Positions 36,211-46,400 of a stretch of DNA of 64,000 bases are shown piece after piece. The notes beneath the pieces are model-generated. The model made no database searches, was not told the DNA's origin, and was given only the letters and a program-made list of their open reading frames with translations. The stretch comes from Clostridia bacterium. GTDB lineage: Bacteria > Bacillota > Clostridia > Christensenellales > UBA1242. The translations under genes were made by a program, and so were the position numbers. How positions within the stretch are numbered: the stretch's first letter is position 1; every line of letters begins with the position of its first letter. The stretch spans positions 213,627 to 277,626 of the forward strand of contig JAZTWI010000001.1 in the NCBI GenBank assembly GCA_045635805.1, read 5' to 3'.

Positions 36211-37434
36211 ATGAACGAATTTAGTATCGAACAGATAGAAAAATTAAGAATTCATGAATTAAGAGACTATGCTAGAACGGTTGGTGTTTCTAGTCCAACA
36301 ACATTAAAGAAAGACGAACTCATCACTAAAATTAGTGAAGTTTTTGCTAGTAAAAATATTGCACCTGAGAAGTCTCAGCAGAATGATGAATTGGATTTCT
36401 TTGAGCTTCTTACTAGTGATAAATCACATATTTTCAATAAGCTACTAGAGAGAGCATCAAAAGGTGAGAAGAAGCTAAACAAACCTGCTATTGTAAATAG
36501 TTCTACAATGCCTACCGAAAAAGTAAAAGTAAAGAAGGTTACTAGTTCTGCTAGTACCCCTTATGAAATACCAACTTCTCCTATGTTTAGTTGGGGCGTT
36601 GCTCAAGATGAAGCGCCATATTATAGTGGAGTTGAACAAGCAGAAGGATATCTAGATATTCACCCAGACGGCTATGGAATTGTTCGTGTTCAGAGTTATA
36701 TTCCAGATGCAGAAGATGTTTATATTGCAGAATCGCTACTTAAGAAAAAGAACTTAAAGAAAGGTTCTTATGTAAGTGGTAAGGTAAAGGCAATAGTTAT
36801 AGGTAAACCTAAAATTATGTATGATATCGAATATTATGATATGGAAGCTTATAAGGCAAAATATAATTATGAAGAATTACCATATGCTCCTATAGGTGAA
36901 GAATTATATTTAGAGAAAAATAAATTCTCAGTTAGAAAGGGTGAGAGACTGTATTGCAGGGGACTAGATATCGCTGACTGTGTTAGCGTTGCCACCGAAC
37001 TTGCAGAAGAGAATAGTTGTTATACTAAGGTTCTAAATTTCCGTGCAAGACCAGAAGAAAATTACGAATCAAACCCAAAAGTTGAAATCGTAAATTGTCC
37101 CTTTAATAAGACGGAAATTGAGAGTTTGAATAGTATTGAATTAGTGATAGAAAGACTAAAAAGAGAGATAGAAATAGGCAGACCACAGGTATTGTTCTTA
37201 TATGGCTTTAGTGATATTGTTAGAGCATTTAATGTAGCAATCGAAGGCTTCTATGATTTTTCAAAAGTTAATGCTAAGGCTATTAATAAAATAAAAAATA
37301 TTCTCTATACAGCAAAAAACACAACTAATAAACTATATGTATCTATAGTGTGTGTAGACAAATATGGTATACCTAGTGACTTAGAGAATATAATGAATCT
37401 AGAGTTCTTATCTCTATTTAATTCAGTTAGATAA
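36211..37434 (+). CDS. Rho-like protein with degenerate ATPase core (Rho_N + Rho RNA-binding domain retained, Walker A/B lost, C-terminus truncated)
   Basis: Hand alignment to E. coli and B. subtilis Rho. LRIHELRDYARTVGV..LKKDELITKI aligns to Rho_N. GYLDIHPDGYGIVRV...EDVYIAESLLKKKNLKKGSYVSGKV aligns to the CSD. VRKGERLYCRGLDIADC replaces GQRGLIVAPPKAGKT. FRARPEEN replaces IDERPEEV. Confidence 0.6.
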   Translation: MNEFSIEQIEKLRIHELRDYARTVGVSSPTTLKKDELITKISEVFASKNIAPEKSQQNDELDFFELLTSDKSHIFNKLLERASKGEKKLNKPAIVNSSTMPTEKVKVKKVTSSASTPYEIPTSPMFSWGVAQDEAPYYSGVEQAEGYLDIHPDGYGIVRVQSYIPDAEDVYIAESLLKKKNLKKGSYVSGKVKAIVIGKPKIMYDIEYYDMEAYKAKYNYEELPYAPIGEELYLEKNKFSVRKGERLYCRGLDIADCVSVATELAEENSCYTKVLNFRARPEENYESNPKVEIVNCPFNKTEIESLNSIELVIERLKREIEIGRPQVLFLYGFSDIVRAFNVAIEGFYDFSKVNAKAINKIKNILYTAKNTTNKLYVSIVCVDKYGIPSDLENIMNLEFLSLFNSVR

Positions 37435-37468
37435 TAAAAAAATCCCTAAAATATTTAGGGATTTTTTT
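37435..37468. terminator. bidirectional terminator between rho-like gene and giant gene
   Basis: ATCCCTAAA-ATA-TTTAGGGAT flanked by A8 and T7. Confidence 0.8.
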
Positions 37469-37489
37469 ATGTCTATTAATAATAGTATT

Positions 37490-40400
37490 TTATCTGTATC
37501 TACCTTTCTTTCTAATTAAGAAGAATAGTACAACTGCTACAACTATACCGATAGCAAATGCAATAATTACTATCTTAGTTGTGCTATTTAGTGGGTCAAC
37601 CTTAATGAATTTATATGTGCTAAGTACTGTTCCGTCATCGGAAATTACTTTAACTACAAATTCACCGGCTTTTTCAAGTGTTACGGTATTAACAACAATT
37701 TCGCTATTTTTATCGATTGTTGCGTATGTTACACCATTAATTTCTACTCTAGCAGCACCTACTTGTTCATAGATTAAACCTGGGTTATAGTATAATTCAA
37801 TAGTTTCTCTAGACTCAATACCTGACTCTATATTAGATTGAATTACAGGTTTCTCATCATTAATCCATACTTTAAATGTAAATGGAATATATTGATAGGT
37901 GATAGTATTATAAGATTTTAACGTGATTTCGTAACTACTATTTTGTTGTTCGTTAAATGCTAACCAAATCAAACTAGAAGCATATTTGTTACCACTATCA
38001 GCAATTCCATTAGGAGATTTTAGGAATTCTTGTGTAACGTCATATCTTTCGTTCATTACAATTTTAGTAACATTTTCAATTACAAAGTTAGAGCCTTTTG
38101 AAATATTGAAACTATTTCTAGCAATGTCTTCTCTAATAATAGCGAAGCTATAAGAAGAAGATATTTCTTGGTTTGTAACTGTACTACTGCTAAGTTCTGT
38201 AGTAGCTACTATATCGATAGTGTAGTATCCTTGTTCTGTTAGATTTAGAACGCCTTTTTCGTTAGTCACTGTGATTTGTACGCCGTTCTTATAAACAGAG
38301 ATACCAAGGGACTCTGTATCGTATAGTGTTAGTCCATCGAGTTCAGAGATAATCTTTAACTCAATAGGCTCATTAAATACTTGGTTATTAATAGGAGATT
38401 CGCCATTAACTTCATATAGAATCTGGTTGATTAGATATATGTATAGTAGGCTAGTATTATTCTTAGCGGTTGGTAGGGTAGAGAATATATGTTGTCTACC
38501 AGCTAGGTCTCTAACTGCGAATTGATGTAGACCTACGTTTTTAACTGTAAAGGTGTATGATACTCCACCTTCGCTTACATTAAGAACATCTAATACAATA
38601 GTTTCTATTAATTCGTTATTATAGTATCTCTCAAGGTATAATGTATTACCTTCGATATATTGATAATCAGGACTTGTTGCAGATAGTGTAAATGTTATTT
38701 TCATACCATTTGCAGCAACGCTTTGAACAACGTTTTCGTTCTCAACTAGTTTGTTATCAAGTGTTCCGATATCTACAACTTTTGTATCTAGTAGGTGAGT
38801 AGTTGTAGCAGGCAAGAAGTGAATAATTACATATCTATAAACATAACTATCGGCGCTCTGTACATTAGAGTATACTTGATATTTTACAACATATTCATAT
38901 TGAGTACCAAGGCCGTCAGTATCAATATATTCATAAGATACTATGTCAGCATTTAAGTTTAAGTTACTATTAACTCTAACATCTAGGTATATACCTTTCT
39001 GTTTATTGATTCCCATGATTTGAGATAGTGTAATACCATCATCATAGATAACATCTTTAGTAATAGGGTTTCCACTCTCTAAGTCAACATAATTGAAATA
39101 ATTATCTGTAATAAAGTAGTGGAATTCAGTTTTGTTATCTGTGCCATTAACAGTTGTGTAATTAGATGGGTCTAGTTTCTTCTGTGTTTTGCCATTATTT
39201 GAGATAGCATAAACGGCATACATTGTGATTTCTCCGTCACCTCTAGTAAATGAAATTTCTTCACTTTCTCTACCAAGAGAGTTAATTGCTTTTGCAGTGT
39301 ATTCGCCAGGTAGGGTAACAATGTAATCACTATTTACTCTATATGTTTGAGTTCTAGTAATATTATTTTCTGTATATCTTCTAACAAGTTCTATTTGAGT
39401 ACCAAAATCAATTCTTTCAGAAGTGAGTATAGTGTCCCAACTTAGAACTAATTGGAAGTCTTCTGTTAGATTTAAGTGGGTATTCGTATCAAGTGTTACG
39501 CCCTTCATATTTCTTACTGTAACTTTTTGGACAGCTGTATATATTGCCATCTTATAATCATAAACAAATATATTGTTATTGTTTAGCTCATCGCCCCAAG
39601 TGTAGTCATTGGCAGTACTAGCAAGAATTGTTTTGATTTCGTACTTGCTAAGTGCTCTAGTCTTTGACACACCTACAAATGTGATGGTTGTGATATTATT
39701 TGTTGTTATTACAGATTGAATACCAAATTGTCTTAATGCTTCTTGAGAATATTTACTATTGCTACCATAGATTTCTTCTCCAGAACAATATTGATTTGTG
39801 TCTGCATTTTCACCTGTAAATCTAATAAATACATCATATACTGATGAATCATATGTGTAACTAAACATTTCTCCGGTGTAGGTGAAGTTGTCAGAATGTT
39901 TAGCGTAACTGCCATAATATCTAATGCTACCACCAGTTTGTGAACTGCTAATACCAAATTCGTGGAAATATATAGAAGTTCTGCCGAAATTGTCGGTAAT
40001 TTCAAATCTATATACGCCCTTAGTTAAGATATATCTAGCGCCTTTGGTTTTAAATTCATTACTGTGTTTAGTGAATTGATTACCTTCGCTATCTACGTCT
40101 TTTTCTAACCATTCCTTATTGAATTGAGATGCTTTTACTTTTGTGATATAAGTTGAGCCTCTCATAGAAGGAATATACATTTCAAAGTTTACTGCTTTAT
40201 TTGTAAATACAGGAACAATCTCGCTACCTGCTACAGAGTAGGTGATAATGTAGTTATTTAATATCTTTGTATCGTAGGAAGCAGGTATTCCTAGTCTGTC
40301 TACGATAGATAAGTCTACAATGTATCCGTATTCAGAATAGTATGGACTATTCTTATCTGAAATGATTTCGTTATAATCAACAATTTTTTCGTTTATAAGT

Positions 40401-43400
40401 TCTAAGAAGTCGTGAATATATGTATCTGTTGTTACATCTGATACAATCTCAAGTGGATTATTATTTGCATCTGTTAGTGTAAGTTCTTTAGTGTTAGGAT
40501 TGTAGTATAAGTACAATTTTTCATTTAATTTACCAGATTGAACATCAATAATTGCCTTAATGAATAAGTCACTAGTTGTGTAATTAATAAAGTCAAATGA
40601 TATACCACCAACTGATGCGATAGAGCCTTTGTATGTTACAGAACCAGTCTTGAATTCTGCACCATTGTATGCCTGGTATTTATAGTTTACGCCATCATAG
40701 GTTGCGTCGTGAATATAGATACCATATACTCTGTAGTTACCAGCTTCGTCGGTTTCTAAGATTTCGTAATATTCACCAGTCTTAACAATTCCTTGTGTCA
40801 ACATATGATTTACTGACATCTCATTATCGATGTATGGACAGTAATAATATTGATTGTATTGGAATGAAGTAGGGTAGTATCTATTATGTGAGTCGTTGAA
40901 TAAGATTGATGTTGCATTGCTAGGAACGAATTGGTTATGCTCTCCTCTTAACTGAGCATCGTTATAAATAATATAATCGTCTGGAGTGTAAGAGAATTTA
41001 TAATTACTAATATCTGTTCCAAGTGGTCTAATATAGAAACCATTTACACTATCTAGTTTATCAACACTCTTAAATGTAAATGTGCTATTTGCTCTAGAGT
41101 CAACAGCGAAGAAATATTTTTCTAGGTCACTACTATAGAACTCTGTTTTCTCATCGTAAGTAAAGTTGTAATATGGGGAATATTCATCGAATAACTGCTC
41201 ATATTCTTTACCTGTAGTTGTTACATTTCCTTTGTAAGTATATCTATCTAAGTTCATAAGTTGAACTAAGTTATACTTAGGTTTAATTCTGTCAACTGTG
41301 ATTTCGTATGTTGTGCTGTAGTAAGAAACTGTCTGTCCTTCTAGTTCTGCTTGATAGTTATCTTCTAGTCCAACATAATGAATCTTTATGTAGTAATTAG
41401 CTAGGTCAACGTTTTCGTTACTATCAAGTAATCTAAAGTTAGAGTAGTTCTCTTTTTCATCAGTATTTAAGATGTCATCTAAGTTATTATCAAAGATGAT
41501 AATAGCGTAGTATGTTGTATCTCCTATAACGTTACAGATAAATGAACCATCTTGTCTAGCCTGGCTAGGGACTAGCTTGGTTGTATGATTCTTAACAACA
41601 CCTGTAGTTGTATCTAAATGTCTATTGAATAGTAGGTTATCTTCACTTACATCATTTTGATATACTTGGATATTATTAATATCAATTTTTGCCATATACT
41701 CATCATTTGTGATTGAGAATAAGAATACAAGGGTTTCATTATTAGTGCTAAGTAGAGAAACTGTAGAACCTGTAACACCTGTAACAGGTGACTGGTTATC
41801 TGATAATGATTTTAATTGTCCTGCTTCTTCACTCAAATAATGAGAGATTAGGGCATATGTACCAGCAAGTTGTGAGCCATTGTCTGTTGTAGTAATTGGT
41901 ATACTAGAAGAAGTTCCACCATTATCTTCATCATAATTTATTTCACCATAATATTTACCATACATTTCTCCTAGTGGGGCAGTATGTTTAATATTAAATG
42001 TAATTTGTAAATTATTAGGTTGGTGATTTAATGCTTTTACTTCTAAGTCACCTTTGTCATTGGCTTCTCTTAGGATATGACCAGATTGGTCGCTAAGTGT
42101 AATGTAATATGAATTTAGTGAATCTCCATAGAAGAATGAGTTTTCATTGAGTCTTGAGTCTACTGAATTCATATTTTGATACTCAGTAATGTACTTCTTC
42201 ATAAGTGTACTATTATACTTAGCATCGGCGTTTACATTAGTTTCATCTATAATCTTTGTTCCATTTGCGCCCTTATTTAGAACTAAGTCTAATTTAAAGA
42301 TATTCTCGTATAACGCTTTGTTTAGTAGAGACTTACTAACAGCGTCTGCAAGTTTAGTTTCTTTAGAAAGTAGGGCAATGTATGAGTTATAGAAGTCTGC
42401 AAAGTTATATTTGTCAGTAGTTAATGTGAATTTGGTTTCTACCTTATTAGTAGAGAATAGGTTACTACTTGTAAAGCTAGAGTTACTATAACCTGTATTA
42501 TTTGATGTTTGGTTATTTTGAATATTATTAGCAGTAATTAATTTTTGATTTTCAGTATCTTTGTAATTACTACCAAGTAAGAATTCGATGTCGCTACCAA
42601 TATTATATAAGCTACTAGCGGCATTGTCGTTAACAGGTACAGAGATGATTCCGTTTCTATCAACGTAGTATATACGATATATAATTCTAGTATCAGTGCC
42701 TAGGACTTCTGGAGCGATACCTTTGTCATATTCTCTCTTGAAGATGTATAGACCTTCTTGAGTAATTATTTCTCCGGTTGCAGTGTCAACAGAAGGATTA
42801 ATGACAGATGAGAATACTCTCTCAGTTAGTTCATCTTGTGGCTCGGTGTAGTCTGATAAGCTCTCGGTATAGATATGTTTAGGATTTCCTTGAGTATCAG
42901 AAATTACCGCAGAACCCTTCATATCATATGGATAACTGATAGAGTGGTGTCTATTACCATCTTCATCAAATATCTTCATATCGATTACTTTTGTCTCAGT
43001 TCCGTTTGAGAAAGTAATTCTAAGATATGTTGCAGAGTCGTCTGCTGTAGGCTCTACATACTCAACATCTGTGATAGCATAGTTCTCATAGAAACTAGCA
43101 TTATAAGCGTAATATGTGTAGGTTAGACTGTAATCAGGAATTACTTTTTGGTCTTCTTTAGTATTTTCTAGAGAAGAGATATATAGTTTAGCTGCAGCAT
43201 AAGATTTAGCAGCTTCTCCTGTGAGTCCTGTTGCTTTTGCAAGAGTGTCACTATTTTTAAATGTTGCATAAGATAGTGTCTGTGTCTTGTCTAAGTTCAT
43301 CCATAAGTCGCCTAGGCTATTATTACCAAGGTCGTCAAATATAGCATAGTAATATAAACCTGTACCACTTACACCACTAAGTGCAGTATTTAAATCTCCA

Positions 43401-46400
43401 TAGATAGTTGTAATATACTCTCTAGCCACATCTCCATAGAAGTCTAGGGTAGTGGATAATTGGGTTTGTTGTTTATTATAGATATAGTTATCAAATATTA
43501 TACCACTAGCATCTACAGCAATCTTACCATTTTGGTCGTAAGTAGGTAGTTTAATTGTAGAATCATCTACTGTGTATGTAAATACAGATGAGGCTACTTC
43601 TCTTGTTAACTCTGCGTCTATAAATAACTTATATGTCTTTGTGTTGCCTTGTGTGTCAGTTTTTACATAATAAACTGTATCACCGATAAGAACTGTTGAA
43701 CCTGTTACATAGTAGAATCCTGCATTTGTTCCACTAGTTACTTGAATTCTAGGTGAGATAGGTGTATTAGGGAAGAAATAGTATTTATTTACATCACTAA
43801 TTGCGGAAACCTTACCTTCTTCGTCTGTAATCTGTGCTTTTTGAATTGGAATTAAGATATAATAATCGTCACCAACTTTTTCAAGTTTAGCATTATTAAA
43901 TTTTCCACCTGTTGCAGAATTAATATAAGATAATGCTTCTTTTAATCTATTAACAGGATTTTCTGCAGTGTATTCAATTTTTGTGTATTCAGTAATGCTT
44001 TCTTCGTATAATGCTAGGTCTGTAGCATTAACTTTGATAGCTTTGTAATCTCCCCAAGTAACTGTTGTAACGTCACTAACGATATTATTCTTGTTATTTG
44101 GTTTAGGGTCTACTATTGACCTAGGAGAAGTATTATCAAAGTAAATTACATATCTACATTCATTACCAGCTTCGTCTTTCATTCTAAATAGGTACATACA
44201 GCTAGTTGAATTTGTAAAGTAATTACCATTAGCAACTCTATTGGTTGTTTCATAGTTGTAATTATATAATTTACCAATCTCTATCTCTGGGTCTGTGCCG
44301 AGTAAGGCAAAATTAGTAGTAATACCAGATTTATTATTTGAGAATTGTAGTAGGTCATCATAGTCAGATGTTCTATTAAATGTAATCTTGTGCCAGTATG
44401 TAAAGATTTGTGCTCCACTCGCTTTTGGTGAATATCTAAATGTGAAGTCTGTATTTACTATCTGTTGATTAGCTTTTAGTTGTAATTCGTCATTAACAAC
44501 ATAGAAACCTTGGTCATTTAGCATTACAGGAACAACTTTCATTCCAGCAATTTTCTTGTTATCAGAAGTGTACTTTTGGGTAACGCTAGGTTTGGTTCCA
44601 TCTGTATTCTCTGAACCATAGTAAATTGTGATAGAGTAGTGACCATCTAGGTTCCAATCTGGTCTGTCTCCAGGTAGTCTAAATGTTACATAATATCTAG
44701 ATTTATCTTCACTCTTAGTAAATGTAGAGATTGTTCTAACATATGTTTCATTTGTTGCTCCTGACATAACAATAGGTAACATTCCATCAGGGTTCTCTCC
44801 ATCAAATCTAGCACGGAAAGGTATGTCTGTTGAGATTCCTTCAAAGTTCTCTTTGTTTACTTCGATATAAATATTATTTTGGAAGTATGTTGGTACTAAC
44901 CAAGATATTCTAACAACTTTATTAGTATAACTAGATGGTAGTAGGGTTTCATATTCAGGATTGCCTTCGCCGTCTACTTCTCCTGTTTCTACATCAAAAT
45001 ATAGTTTAGGAGAGTTATTATCAACGACGAATACAAATACTTGATAGAACTGTGTACCAGCAGCTTCGCTATCTAGTTTGCCTAGTTCTTTGTAATAAGA
45101 ATATGTATATTTGATTATTACTTCGTAGTAACCATCATCTTTACAATAGATATCTTTAAAGTATGTGTCGTGGTTATCGTATATTTCTAGGTTCTCTGGT
45201 TTTAAATCTAAGTTTCCATAGATATCTTTGTAAGTAGAGTATTTATAGATTTTAGATTCACTTACTTTACCTGTATATAGTAGGGTAGAGTAATTTTTCC
45301 AGAATACTTGAGTGTCTGTAACGATAACTTGGCTTAGTGGTATTTGACCTGTGCCATTACCAACAAATGATGCACTGAAACCTGCACTAGGTGTAGATGT
45401 TGCAAGTTTGTTATTTGCTATATTGTTAGTTTTTAGATATAGGCTAGTGTAATCAGAGATAAAGTTCTTTTTCTCTTTTGCGTCGATTTGCTCTAACACT
45501 GCATATCCACTATCTGTCTCAGCATCTTCTTTACTAAAGTAAGAGATTGAACCAAATATAGATAGTTTATCAGCACCTAAAACATGGGTAGCTGTTCTTT
45601 TATTGATTACAGGAATAAATCTAGTATCTGAACCTGAACCATATTGTGAATCTTGAGTTTCAATATTTTTAATTAACTGATGGAAATATGCATCTCCAGC
45701 AACTGAGTTACTAATATTAGTAGAATTTACATTTTTAGAATATTCAGTTGAACTACCAGCTAGGAAGTAATTGATAATAGATTTATCATCATATTTGTAA
45801 TTGTAGTAAGAAGATGACTGTTTTGATTCGTGTGGGGTAGTGGTGTATTCAACTTCACCTAGGGTGTATTTAACAGATAATTTGATTGTCTTACCATCTG
45901 GAGAAATATCTATATTATATTCAGTTTCTAGTATACCGGTAGAACCAAAGTCGGTAGATGTTATTTGATTAATATCAAATGTATCTGTTCCAACTTTTAC
46001 TTTGTTTGTTGAAGAGTCATATTCATAATTCTTAGCATTGATAGTAACTTTACCTTCTGCATCTAAATAACCAGAGAAAATTACATATAATTTATTGCTA
46101 TTGCTATTAGAACCTTCTTCGCTCTGTGTGTGGTCGATAGGTTCTTTTATTACTTCTGTATCGTATGGAATAGTGTAGTCATATGGAACTAGTCTATTGG
46201 TGCTAACAGCGTTGCTAGAAGAATATCTAGTACCAACTACTGTACCTATAGCATTGTTGTACCATGGACAAACATAGTTATACTCAAATGTATAAACACC
46301 TAGTTTTTCAAAAGCCATTTCGTAAGTGTACTCAATAGCAAGGGTAGCAGCGTTTAATAATCTCTTTAGGTCTTTTGCATTTTTACCTGTTACGCTATAA

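Noticed and set aside
37490-37600. LPXTG sortase signal or S-layer-homology anchor at the C-terminus of the 3,612-aa protein.
   Set aside because: The sequence before the TM helix is ...KFIKVDPLNSTTK. It contains no LPxTG-like pentapeptide, so anchoring appears to be by the TM helix alone.
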